DNA of 64,000 bases from an uncultured Novosphingobium sp. (GTDB lineage: Bacteria > Pseudomonadota > Alphaproteobacteria > Sphingomonadales > Sphingomonadaceae). The DNA lies in contig CAXTOS010000002.1 in NCBI GenBank assembly GCA_964245935.1, forward strand, positions 7,967 to 71,966. Direction: 5' to 3'. Each line of letters begins with the position of its first letter. Position 1 is the stretch's first letter. Made by a program: the position numbers and the translations under genes. The notes under the pieces are model-generated. The model did not search any database. It saw only the letters and a program-made list of their open reading frames with translations, and was not told the origin of the DNA. Shown piece after piece: positions 1-11,767 of the stretch.

Positions 1-1326
1 ATCAGTCGCGCCGGGCGCCAGCTTGAACGGGACCGTGGCGGCGTGGCCAGCGTAGCTGAAGGCCAGCGTACCCGCAACCACGGCTGCCGCGACCAGCCGG
101 TCGGTGACGGTGACGTGCGCGAAGGCAAGCTGGAAATCGGCCGCCTGCAACTGCAGGAAACTGGCGCTGGACGGCGTGGAGGGGGCGTCGAATTCGTGGG
201 CCATGCCACTGGCCGCCACGACTGCAAAGGGCGTCAGCGTATAGGTGAATGTTTCGTCGGGATCGAACCGCAAAGTCATTCGGGCCATGTCATCCGGTGC
301 GCTGAAGACGGCCGATTGGTTGATGCCGTTAGGCCGGTTGGGCGGCGCCGGCGGCGCGCTGAGGCGCACCCCGATGGCGGGGGCACCAATGCGCCAGAGG
401 GGCAGGTTAGCTGCCAGCAGCACCTCCCGAAAACCCAGGTCGAGTGGCGGAACGACCGTTTCCGCGATCAACGATGCGGGGTCGAGGTTCGCCAGGCCGG
501 TCAGCGTGTCGAGGTGAAGGGTATAGGCACGCGCGCCGGGTGCCGGCACCGAGAGATCCCAGTCCAGTCGCTCGGCGGTCAGCGGGCCGGGTATCGCAAA
601 GCCGGCCCGATCCTGCGCTGCGGCCGCGGGAACGAATTGCCCGAAGGCGGCGAGCAACCGGTCGGCCATCGCATCGGCGATGTCGATGCGATTGGCCGAG
701 GTTACAAGGACAGGTGAAAGCGACGGGTCGCTGAGCCGCGTGATCAGGTCCTCGCGCGAAATCGTTTTTCCGTCACCCAGCAACTGGGCCATCAGCGCCG
801 CCGGTACGAAGTTGACCGAGCCTTGAGCACGCGCCGCCACTCCTGTCACGGCGAACTCGATGAACACGCCGAACAGCAGCGTGCCTTTCTGCACCGCGCC
901 CTTGATCACCTCGGCGATGTCGAGGTCGAGGCGCTGCGACCAGCGGGCGCCGTCGTCCTTGGACCATCCGAGCATCACCGGCCGCGTGACCGCGTCGGGC
1001 AGGGCGATCACCGATCCGGACGACACCATCCGGGCATAACCGAGGTCAATCGGCAGCCGCGCCACCGTTGCGCTGGGGGCGTTGGCGCGCGCCAACGCGA
1101 GCGCATCTTCAAGCGGGTAGCTGAGGCCGACTTCCAGATCGAGCATCGCATAGCCGCCGGCCGCTTCGGGTTCGCCTGCAACCTTGGTCATGGTTAGCTG
1201 GAATGCCGCCAACGCGCCGATTTCGGGCACTACCATTTCCGGGCCGCCGCCGAATGCACCGTAAGCGACGGCGGCGCCGGGCGATATTACATTACCGAAA
1301 TCCGGCAGGCCCGCGAGCGCAGCCAT
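1..1326 (-). CDS. Large hypothetical protein (>440 aa), runs off the left edge; last visible gene of the S8 operon
   Basis: Not in the ORF track. Manual translation from ATG at 1326 (2 bp after the upstream stop) gives MAALAGLPDFGNVISPG...GGYAMLDLEVGL...FKLAPGATD with no stop up to base 1. Confidence 0.8.
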   Translation of the reverse strand, partial: MAALAGLPDFGNVISPGAAVAYGAFGGGPEMVVPEIGALAAFQLTMTKVAGEPEAAGGYAMLDLEVGLSYPLEDALALARANAPSATVARLPIDLGYARMVSSGSVIALPDAVTRPVMLGWSKDDGARWSQRLDLDIAEVIKGAVQKGTLLFGVFIEFAVTGVAARAQGSVNFVPAALMAQLLGDGKTISREDLITRLSDPSLSPVLVTSANRIDIADAMADRLLAAFGQFVPAAAAQDRAGFAIPGPLTAERLDWDLSVPAPGARAYTLHLDTLTGLANLDPASLIAETVVPPLDLGFREVLLAANLPLWRIGAPAIGVRLSAPPAPPNRPNGINQSAVFSAPDDMARMTLRFDPDETFTYTLTPFAVVAASGMAHEFDAPSTPSSASFLQLQAADFQLAFAHVTVTDRLVAAAVVAGTLAFSYAGHAATVPFKLAPGATD

Positions 1327-1328
1327 GG

Positions 1329-3554
1329 TCAGCTCGGCACGATGTAGATCGTGTCGCGATTATCTGTGACCCAGTCGCCTTTGCGCGTGCCGGCCGGGGT
1401 CATGACATCGACGCGGTAGGTGTAACCGTCGGTAGGCGCATCCTGCAGCACGAAAGCCTCGATCGGCACGGTCAGCGTCACCGTTTGATTCATGAAGCCG
1501 CCCGCATCGGCGGTATCGCTGCCGTCGAAGCTGGCGGTCTGGCCACTTTGGAATACCACTTGCACGGCGACCACGGCATCGGTCGCGCCAGCCGCCGAGG
1601 CGCCCTTCAGGCTGGCCGCAAGGAACTTCAGCTCCACTGCCCGGCTGACGGGGCTGGGCGCCCCGTTAGCCATGATCGCCTTCCACATCGCCTTGGGGTC
1701 GGGCGTCACGGTGACCTGGCTGAGGTCGAACAGCGGCGCACAGCTGCTGTCGACGACCAGGTTCGCCAGCCCGGTAATCGCGCCGATCCCTGGTCCCCCA
1801 CTGTTATCCCCCTCGTCGTCGCCACCCCCGAACAGGCCGCCGTGGCCGAACAGGCCGCCCACGACCTTGCCGATGGTCTGGACGGTGGAGGTGCCCATCG
1901 TCACGGTGATGCTTTGCGCAATTGGAGTAGCGGGCGCCGGCGCGGAGGACGCGGTGATCGTCAGGGGCGCCCCGCCAGCTGGCAGCGTGACTGGAAACGG
2001 CACCGAAGTCCTGGTGATCGTCGTGCCATCCACCGGGTTGCCACCGCGCGCGATGGCCCCGCTTAACCCGGAGATCGTGATCGGGCTTTCGATGGCATTG
2101 TCGAGGGTTACGACGAGGCTATTTGCTTTGCTGTCGACAGCCACCTGCATGTCGAAAATATTGCCGGCCAGGTCGGCAAGCCGCGCGATGAAGGGAACCG
2201 CGGAGATATCGTCGCCGACGGTCACGCGCACCTCGCCCGACATCAGCGCCCCGCGCGGATCGAACAGCGCCTCGTAGAGCTGCCGGAAGGGCGCAAGCGC
2301 CATGGTGATCGAACCCTGCACGCCGGCGGCCAGATCGATCAGCACGTTGGATTGGGGCGCAAGGCCCGCGCCTTCCGACGCGTCTCCGCCCGGCAGGCTC
2401 AGCATCAGCGTGGCCGTCGATGCCTCGAACACCGCCATGTCGGGTGGTTTCGGCAGGCCCAGCGTCTGCTGCAACAGCGGCGCGGCGGCCGCGATGCGCT
2501 TGGGATCCCACACCGGCACCGCCATGTAAGACAGCGTCAGCATCATCGTCGCTGAGCTGTCGCCCTGCGCGGTGACCGCCAGGTTGGGAAGATGCGGCGC
2601 CGTCGCCTGGCGACCGACCTTGAAACTGTCGGGCAGGAAATAGACCTGGTCCGCCTGGCTGGCGGACTGATAATAGGTGTATTTGCGGCCGTTCCAGTTG
2701 AGGCTCAGCACCTTCCATGGCGCTAGCGGCGTGGCGGCCATACCGTGCAGCCCGGCGAATACCCCGGCATCGAGATCCTTATCGAAGGTGAAGCCGATCG
2801 GGCTGTCGATGGCCTGGGTGCTGGGGGTGAACAGCCCGCTTGTTCCGAAAGGCAAGGCCAGCGCAAGCGAGCGGCGGATGATCAGCCGCGCCTGGGCAGC
2901 AGGGTCGGTCATCGCCGCATACAGCAAGTCGCGCGCCGCAAAATCGGCCAGCTCGACCGTCAGCACCAGGCTGCCGTCGCCCGCTGGCGCAGCGGCGGTT
3001 AGATCCCAACTGACCACCCGGTTCTGCACCGTTGCGGTAATCAGATAGCGCGTATCGGGCGCGAGGCGGGTGTTGCCCTGGACCTTGGCCGGCGCGCTGA
3101 TGTCGGCGAGATGGACGGTGACCAGGAACCCCGATCCGGACGGCGCGAAGGTCACCCATTTGCCCACCGCGGCGCCAGCCGCAGTCGGCGCAATGGCATA
3201 ATCGGTAAGGAAGAATTTGTGAGCGGGGTTCTGCGGGTCTTCGAACAGCAGCGTGTCGTCAGGCGTCGTTGCCGGTGATATGACCGTCGGCAGCGTGAAC
3301 GTGCTACGCTGGCGGTCGATGGGGAACATGCCGGGGGGGCGGAAACGCGGGTTCAGGAACCGCACGTAGCCAGGATTGACTGTCGCCACATTGGTCGAAG
3401 TCATCACTGCGGTGGGCATGGGCGCCAGCCGAACCGGCGCGTCGCTGCCGATCGCGGGTTGGGCATGGCTGACAGCGGCCGCCCCGATGGGTACTGCCGG
3501 ATGCAGCAGGAATGACGATCGCATCGCCCCCATCGCAAATGTCGGTCCAACCAA
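1329..3554 (-). CDS. Hypothetical protein, 741 aa, probably beta-rich
   Basis: Long ORF with host-like codon usage; AAGGAGA ribosome binding site about 6 nt before the TTG start; no family recognised. Confidence 0.85.
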   Translation of the reverse strand: MVGPTFAMGAMRSSFLLHPAVPIGAAAVSHAQPAIGSDAPVRLAPMPTAVMTSTNVATVNPGYVRFLNPRFRPPGMFPIDRQRSTFTLPTVISPATTPDDTLLFEDPQNPAHKFFLTDYAIAPTAAGAAVGKWVTFAPSGSGFLVTVHLADISAPAKVQGNTRLAPDTRYLITATVQNRVVSWDLTAAAPAGDGSLVLTVELADFAARDLLYAAMTDPAAQARLIIRRSLALALPFGTSGLFTPSTQAIDSPIGFTFDKDLDAGVFAGLHGMAATPLAPWKVLSLNWNGRKYTYYQSASQADQVYFLPDSFKVGRQATAPHLPNLAVTAQGDSSATMMLTLSYMAVPVWDPKRIAAAAPLLQQTLGLPKPPDMAVFEASTATLMLSLPGGDASEGAGLAPQSNVLIDLAAGVQGSITMALAPFRQLYEALFDPRGALMSGEVRVTVGDDISAVPFIARLADLAGNIFDMQVAVDSKANSLVVTLDNAIESPITISGLSGAIARGGNPVDGTTITRTSVPFPVTLPAGGAPLTITASSAPAPATPIAQSITVTMGTSTVQTIGKVVGGLFGHGGLFGGGDDEGDNSGGPGIGAITGLANLVVDSSCAPLFDLSQVTVTPDPKAMWKAIMANGAPSPVSRAVELKFLAASLKGASAAGATDAVVAVQVVFQSGQTASFDGSDTADAGGFMNQTVTLTVPIEAFVLQDAPTDGYTYRVDVMTPAGTRKGDWVTDNRDTIYIVPS

Positions 3555-3671
3555 CTACTTTCTCCTTGTGGCTCAGGACACGGCCTGGCGGGCAAAGGCC
3601 CTGGTTTTACTCGTTGTCCTTACCGCCGATCGGTCGCGCGGCGCCGCTGTCATGCGAACTCGATCGGGGCT

Positions 3672-3926
3672 CTACATCGGCCCGAACGGGCCGATGGGAG
3701 GATCGGAAAATGGTCCGTTTTCTCCGCTCCCTCCCGGTGGCAGCTTGGCGCAATCGGCCCGCACGCTATAAAGCTGGCGATCCGGATTGATCGTCACCAC
3801 GCCGAATTCCCCGTCGAGATCGGCTGGAGCAACCCCCAGCTGCTGTGCCGCTGCCGCAATGGTCGGCGGACCGCCGTGCCCGTTCACGACCATCAGGACA
3901 TAGGATATCGCGTCCTCGCGCGTCAT
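3672..3926 (-). CDS. 84-aa protein resembling the prodomain of the upstream S8 protease
   Basis: ATG overlaps the protease stop (ATGA). Motifs LDGEFGVVTI / QLYSVRA / PFSDPPIGPF parallel the protease N-terminus. Confidence 0.75.
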   Translation of the reverse strand: MTREDAISYVLMVVNGHGGPPTIAAAAQQLGVAPADLDGEFGVVTINPDRQLYSVRADCAKLPPGGSGENGPFSDPPIGPFGPM

Positions 3927-5269
3927 ATCGTCCAGGGGCCGTAGAGGTCCGCGACGGGTACCGGGCGGATGATGCCAAAGCCGTAATCGGCGTTCCACCC
4001 TGTCGCGAGTCCGGCCGGAAGCTGCGCATTGAGCCGGAAATTATCGTACACCATGTAGGGTGTCGCCGGGCTGCGCGGCGATATCCGCGTCCGCAGCGCC
4101 GCCATGCACCCGGCAGCGACCGGGCAGGCTGCCGATGTGCCCGTATCCGGCGTTCCGACGCCGAATGCCTGGGAACCCAGGAAATGGGTGTAAGAGGTGA
4201 TGTCAGGCTTGGTGCCCGGCGGGATACCGGCGATCGACGGCCCTTGCGAGGAATACCCGACGCGCGTGTCAGTCGTGTCGCACCCGGCAATCGACATTAC
4301 GTCGATACTGGCATTGGCCCCCATGATCGTTTCCGTCGTGCGGTTCTGGCATTTACCTGAGGGGCAATCCGCGCCGCAATTGCCCGCCGCAAAGAACAAA
4401 TCGATGCCGCCGCGCGCCATGGCTTCGAGTTGCAGCATGAAGGGATGCTTGGGATTGTCGATATAACGTCCCGGGTGCCCCGCAGGAAAGTCCCAGGCGG
4501 GGGTGTAGACACCCCAACTGTTGCTCAACACCAGCCCGGTGTATTGCGAAAGGTCGCTGCTGCCCGCGCCGCTGTTCCATGAGGCCAGGATGGCAGAATA
4601 GGCCAATAACGCCGCCGACAGCGTCGACGATATGACCGAGCCGCTCCCGGCCAGTCTTGCCGCCAGCACCGGAATATCTATCAGCGTGGCGTTGGGCGCG
4701 GCGATCAGCGCATCGAAAGCGCACATCGTACCGTGATCGACGGGATAATTGCCGGCCGTCGCGGTCGCGCGCGGCGGTGTCCAGGAGTTCGCCGTATCCA
4801 GGTTAGGCGTGTACCCCAGCGCGCTGGTGAGATGGGCAAGGTTGAATCCGGTGTCGACAATCCCGATGGCCACATTCGTGCCATCCATGCCCCGCTGCTT
4901 CAGGCCGGCCACATCCAGCTTGGTTGCGACATCGGACGATGTGCCTACTGCCGGATCGTTGCCACACGTCAGGAAGGTGTCGATTTCGGGATCGACGAAG
5001 ACGGTGTAGTCGCCGATCGTCGTCGGCGGATCCTCGATGGCGCCTTCGATGTACCCGCGTACCGCCACCATCTGCTCCGCGGCCGCACCGGTGTCGCCGC
5101 CGGCCGAAGCGACCATCGACTGGCTCGTCACGGCATCGCCGATCGCGATCGCACTGAAATCGGGATCCAGAGTGAAACCTTCGGGAAAGCCTCCCGCGGT
5201 TCCTTCTATCAGGCTTGTAGCTGTATTGGCCGCAGATTGCGGAAGCATCAGAAGAACCGGTATTTGCAT
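3923..5269 (-). CDS. S8 (subtilisin-family) serine protease, no obvious signal peptide
   Basis: Catalytic motifs in the correct order: IVDTG (Asp), DHGTM (His), AAGN (oxyanion Asn), GTSAACP (Ser). Confidence 0.92.
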   Translation of the reverse strand: MQIPVLLMLPQSAANTATSLIEGTAGGFPEGFTLDPDFSAIAIGDAVTSQSMVASAGGDTGAAAEQMVAVRGYIEGAIEDPPTTIGDYTVFVDPEIDTFLTCGNDPAVGTSSDVATKLDVAGLKQRGMDGTNVAIGIVDTGFNLAHLTSALGYTPNLDTANSWTPPRATATAGNYPVDHGTMCAFDALIAAPNATLIDIPVLAARLAGSGSVISSTLSAALLAYSAILASWNSGAGSSDLSQYTGLVLSNSWGVYTPAWDFPAGHPGRYIDNPKHPFMLQLEAMARGGIDLFFAAGNCGADCPSGKCQNRTTETIMGANASIDVMSIAGCDTTDTRVGYSSQGPSIAGIPPGTKPDITSYTHFLGSQAFGVGTPDTGTSAACPVAAGCMAALRTRISPRSPATPYMVYDNFRLNAQLPAGLATGWNADYGFGIIRPVPVADLYGPWTI

Positions 5270-5928
5270 TGAACTACCCTCTCTCGCAATATCTCCCCTC
5301 GAACCAGGCGTAGAAATGATCGTAGGAAACTCACGTCATTTATATCGCCCAACTCTGCTGGGAGAACCTTTTATTTTGCGACCGATGTAGATTTTACAAA
5401 TATTCAACAGAGCTATTATTCTTACAATTAGCTCTAATTTTTGCTAGGCAACCGTAATAGGCTGCAATTAGACGATTTTTCATTAGGTTGCCGGAATGAG
5501 CCTTAGCAGCTTACACCACCTTGCCGGCTTTCCAAGTGGTTTTTGCTCGCTATCTAAGATTCTTGTGCGCTAGCTGGGTCGCGCTATAATGGCAGTGCTG
5601 TTGCAGCCGCAGGAACACGGCCAGTGGTTGCATGGCAGTTTCGACGGGTGCCTTGGAGTTTCAGGCGCGGTGTTTTTCCGACTAGCTGATCGAAATGGAG
5701 CGCACGTCGGAGCTGTCGATTAAGCACAAGGTCATAGCCGCTGATCCGGGTGAGCGCTCGTCGTGACTTGCTGCAGCCCAGATCGTCGGAAATTGTTTAC
5801 CCGGATAGCAAGCGCACCGACCTCAACGAATGCGTCGGTGCCCAGGTAACGGCGATTGTGCAGCGCTGGATTATGTGTTGGCGGTCCCGGCAGGTGGGAC
5901 AGGGGCGGTGTTCGGTCCTTGATGGCAA

Positions 5929-6565
5929 ATGAGACGGCGGTGGGCGAGAAACACATCGGGGATATTATTGGTGACGCTGCCTGCGTCCGGCAACGGATCG
6001 TCGGCAAAGCAGCCTTTCCGTTCCTCCATTGCAGCCGGCGCCAGCGTTCTGGCCATGGCGATTCTTTTCGCCAGTCCTGCATTTGCTGCCAAAAACGACG
6101 CCTCCAACACGTCCACTGACGCAGTTGGAGCGGGGTCCGGGGCTGCCGCGGATGAGAATGCCAGCGATCAGGCCGGAGCGGGCGACATCGTTGTCACCGC
6201 CCAGCATCGCCAAGAGCGGCTGCAGGACGTGCCCAGCGCCGTCACCGCGCTGAGCAAGGAATTGTTCAGGACCGACGACGTCGGTAAGGGGCCGCCGCCG
6301 ACGTCCTGACCCAGACGCCGAATGTAACCGCCGGCACCACCCAGCACAGTCGACCGCGCTGGTGGATTCGCGGCGTCGGTGCCGGGCAGCAGCAGATCGA
6401 CCTGGCCAGCCCCGTTGGTTTCTATCTCAACGATGTGTATATCTCGGACGCCAATGCGACCGGCTTGCCGCTGTTCGACGTGCAGCAGGTGGAGATCCTG
6501 CGCGGGCCGCAAGGCACGCTGTGGGGCAAGAAAACCACTGGCGGCGCGATCAGCATCACAGCTGA
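5929..6565 (+). pseudogene. TonB-dependent receptor, N-terminal plug fragment, frameshifted and truncated
   Basis: Signal peptide plus DIVVTAQHRQERLQDVP; frameshift near 6290; then WIRGVG...FDVQQVEILRGPQGTLWGK; barrel domain missing. Confidence 0.85.
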
Positions 6566-6958
6566 AAACCAGTTTTCGAGCGTTGGCCGCTTGGTAGTGG
6601 CAAAGCCGACGCAAACGAACCGTCCGTTGGCAGAGATTGGCGCCGCCTTCGCAAAAACGGCGCGAAGCGTTTATCGAGCATCATCCGGCCGCTCTCTCCA
6701 GGACAGCGGTGAGGCGCTCTGGGCGGTGCCGGGACTTTCCTGCCGGCGTGGACCCGGTTCCAGTGGCCCTGGGGCAGTGTTACAACACCAAATCCCTTGA
6801 GCAGCTTTTTAAGGCCGACATCACTCAGGCCAATTTTTGCGGCGAGTTCGCGCATCGGCGGACCAGGCAAACGCAATGAGGTCACCCGGACGGACAGTCC
6901 GCCGGCGCCAATCTTTCGGTCGTGGGAAATGTCGCCACCTGCCCTGCCGGAGTTTCAT
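6566..6958 (-). pseudogene. Fragment of a conserved HTH-like hypothetical protein typical of mobile regions
   Basis: DLIAFAWS, frameshift, PMRELAAKIGLSDVGLKKLL...PQGHWNRVHAG; truncated against the receptor fragment. Confidence 0.55.
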
Positions 6959-7322
6959 TTCGCCCAAATCTGCTTCCCCGCCAGGCTTAGGACCGATGCT
7001 AAGGTTCGGGAGCGGGAGCCGGCTGCGGCAAGCATCACTTGAACTTGCCGCGCAGGATTGGGCAACCTTGCCCGTAAGCAACACTCACGCGGAGCCGATG
7101 CATCCATTGGCCGACTCGTGCATGCATTTCCTCACCTCGAATGTTCTCCATTATCAAGGCTGGCGGAGCACCAGATGAGTAGTTTCCGATCCTGCTCCGG
7201 GGCGGCAATGTGGTCTAGACAGTCTGCACGGACATCTGCGGATCCCTACTATCTCAGCATTTGCCGACGGTCGAGCGCGCGCGACCCTCTGATCGCAATC
7301 CCGCCCGCACAGGTCAGTTGTC

Positions 7323-9536
<2,214 letters not shown>

Positions 9537-9540
<4 letters not shown>

Positions 9541-9824
9541 GCGAGCGGCCAACCCCGGGGAAGGATGGCCTGATCGCCGCGGTTCGCTTGACCGCAGCGC
9601 GGCGTCGCCGGGCGCGGGCAGAGCGTGGACCATCGCTCGCACGCAATCTCGGCCAGATCGGCGCGCTCGGCTGGCAGATCGTGGTACCGGCACTGGTTGC
9701 CCTGATCATCGGGCGCTGGCTCGATCACCGGGAGGCGAGCGGTATCTTCTGGACCGCACCGCTGCTGTTCGTCGGCATCGGCTTGGGCTGCTGGTCTGCG
9801 TGGAAATGGCTCGGTCGGCAGTGA
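9537..9824 (+). CDS. atpQ: AtpZ/AtpI-like (AtpQ) membrane protein
   Basis: LGQIGALGWQIVVP...GRWLD, two TM segments; N-ATPase gene order. Confidence 0.85.
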
Positions 9825-10087
9825 ACGTGCTGCTTATCATGCTTTTCGTCTTGATCGGCGGAGGTGCCGGAACGGTACATTTCCTCGCGATCGCGCGCGA
9901 TGCCGAACTGCTGACGCACGGCGGATCGCCGCTAGCCGCATTCGCATGGCGGCTGGGCCGGGTGCTGCTGACCGTCGCCGTTCTGGTCGCCGCGGTGCGG
10001 CAGGGCTGGCCCGTGCTGCTTGGCGCGACGGCGGGCTTCATGGTCGCGAGGCAGTTCGTCCTGCGCTGGGTGGCCACTGCGTCATGA
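9821..10087 (+). CDS. atpR: N-ATPase AtpR subunit
   Basis: GTG start; hydrophobic 88 aa ending GFMVARQFVLR; diagnostic position between atpQ and atpB. Confidence 0.8.
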   Translation: MNVLLIMLFVLIGGGAGTVHFLAIARDAELLTHGGSPLAAFAWRLGRVLLTVAVLVAAVRQGWPVLLGATAGFMVARQFVLRWVATAS

Positions 10088-10770
10088 CAATCGCATCGCC
10101 GCTCGTCACGCACACGCTGTTCATGGTCGGCCCGGTGCCGATCACCACCCCGGTCGTGACCACCTGGGCGATCATGGCGGTGTTGACGCTGGGCGCATGG
10201 GTGGCGACCCGCCGGCTGGCGCTCCATCCCTCGCGCTTGCAGGCCGGGCTGGAACTGATCGTCGATTCGATCTCCGGCCAGATCCGCGAGACGATGGACG
10301 CGCCGCCCGCGCCCTATCTGCCCCTGATCGGCACATTGTTTATCTTCGTGCTGGTTGCGAACTGGTCGTCGCTGATCCCGGGTGTCGAACCGCCGACCGC
10401 CGCGCTTGAAACCGATGCGGCGCTGGCGCTGATCGTGTTCGGCGCGAAGATCGTCTTCGGCATCCGCGCGGTCGGCGCCGGTCGTTACCTGCTCACCTTT
10501 GCCCAGCCATCGCTGTTCATGGTGCCGCTCAACATCGTCGAGCTGTTCACCCGCAGCTTTTCGCTGACCGTGCGCCTGTTTGGCAACGTCATGAGCGGCG
10601 TCTTCATGATCGGCATCGTGCTGAGCCTCGCCGGCCTGCTCGTGCCGATCCCGCTGATGGCGCTCGAACTGCTGACCGGCGCGGTCCAGGCTTACATTTT
10701 TGGTGCGCTGGCGATGGTCTTCATCGGCAGCGCGATCGGCGAAGCATCCCTGCGAGAGGCAAAGACATGA
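10084..10770 (+). CDS. atpB: N-type ATPase a subunit
   Basis: FSLTVRLFGNVMSG with the conserved Arg; VQAYIF. Confidence 0.95.
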   Translation: MTIASPLVTHTLFMVGPVPITTPVVTTWAIMAVLTLGAWVATRRLALHPSRLQAGLELIVDSISGQIRETMDAPPAPYLPLIGTLFIFVLVANWSSLIPGVEPPTAALETDAALALIVFGAKIVFGIRAVGAGRYLLTFAQPSLFMVPLNIVELFTRSFSLTVRLFGNVMSGVFMIGIVLSLAGLLVPIPLMALELLTGAVQAYIFGALAMVFIGSAIGEASLREAKT

Positions 10771-11009
10771 ACTGGATCCATCTGGTGAGCATCCTGGGGG
10801 CGGCGTTCGCCATCTCGATCGGCGCGATCGCGCCCGCGCTGGCGCAGGGGCGGGCGGTCGCCGCGGCGATGGACGCGATCGCGCGCCAGCCCGAGGCCGC
10901 CGGCACCGTTTCGCGCACCCTGTTCGTCGGGCTGGCGATGATCGAGACCATGGCGATCTACTGCCTGGTCATCGCGCTGCTGCTGCTCTTCGCCAACCCG
11001 TTCGCCTGA
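10767..11009 (+). CDS. atpE: N-type ATPase c subunit
   Basis: ARQPE loop and IETMAIY ion-binding helix. Confidence 0.96.
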   Translation: MNWIHLVSILGAAFAISIGAIAPALAQGRAVAAAMDAIARQPEAAGTVSRTLFVGLAMIETMAIYCLVIALLLLFANPFA

Positions 11010-11020
11010 GCGCCCGCGAC

Positions 11021-11767
11021 GTGCACATCAACTGGTGGACCCTGGCACTCCAGACGATCAACGTACTCGTGCTCGTCTGGCTGCTCAGCCGGTTCCTCTA
11101 TAAGCCCATCGTCGCGGCAATCGCCGGTCGGCAGGCGGCGGCTGACCAGCTGCTGGCGGACGCAGAAGCCGCCCGTGTCGCCGCCACGGCGCAAACAGCA
11201 AGGCTGAAGGCGGATACCGACGCTTTCGCCGCCGACGCGACACGCCGACGCGCCGAAATGCAGGCTGGCGCGGACGCAGATCGCACCCACCTGCTGGATC
11301 AGGCCAGACAGGAAGTCGCCGACCTGCACAAACAGGCGGAAAGCGCCGCCACGGAAGAGCGAAATAAGGCCGGAGCCGCGCTGGAAATGCAGGCGGCGAA
11401 GCTTGCCGGACAAATGGCCGCAAAGCTGCTCGACCGGGTGCCGGCGGAGGCCACCACCGATGCCATGTTCCGGACGCTGGTCGATCGCCTCGCCACATTG
11501 CCGGATGAGGACCGCATCCGGCTGGCGGCCGGCTGGCTGCAGGTCGTCACTCCTGGCCCGCTCAGCGAACCCGCCCAGGCGCGATACGGTCTGGCACTGG
11601 CGGCGGCACTGCCCGGCCTGACCTCGCCGGCCTTTGCCGTAGAGCCCGCGCTGATCGCGGGCTTTGAACTGCGCAATCCGCAGATGGTTCTGCGCAACAG
11701 CTGGCGCGCCGATCTCGATGACTTGTTGCACGCGGTGCAGGAGGATACCCATGCCCGCATCGGCTGA
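11021..11767 (+). CDS. atpF: N-type ATPase b subunit with delta-like C-terminus
   Basis: [29 protein letters not shown], coiled coil, LIAGFEL. Confidence 0.92.
   Translation: MHINWWTLALQTINVLVLVWLLSRFLYKPIVAAIAGRQAAADQLLADAEAARVAATAQTARLKADTDAFAADATRRRAEMQAGADADRTHLLDQARQEVADLHKQAESAATEERNKAGAALEMQAAKLAGQMAAKLLDRVPAEATTDAMFRTLVDRLATLPDEDRIRLAAGWLQVVTPGPLSEPAQARYGLALAAALPGLTSPAFAVEPALIAGFELRNPQMVLRNSWRADLDDLLHAVQEDTHARIG

Noticed and set aside
43-2277. Long plus-strand ORFs opposite the S8 operon genes, and similar antisense ORFs throughout the window
   Set aside because: Shadow ORFs of high-GC coding sequence, with Arg-rich implausible translations.
3573-3653. 26-codon ORF between the small protein and the 741-aa gene
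   Set aside because: No clear ribosome binding site or recognisable features.
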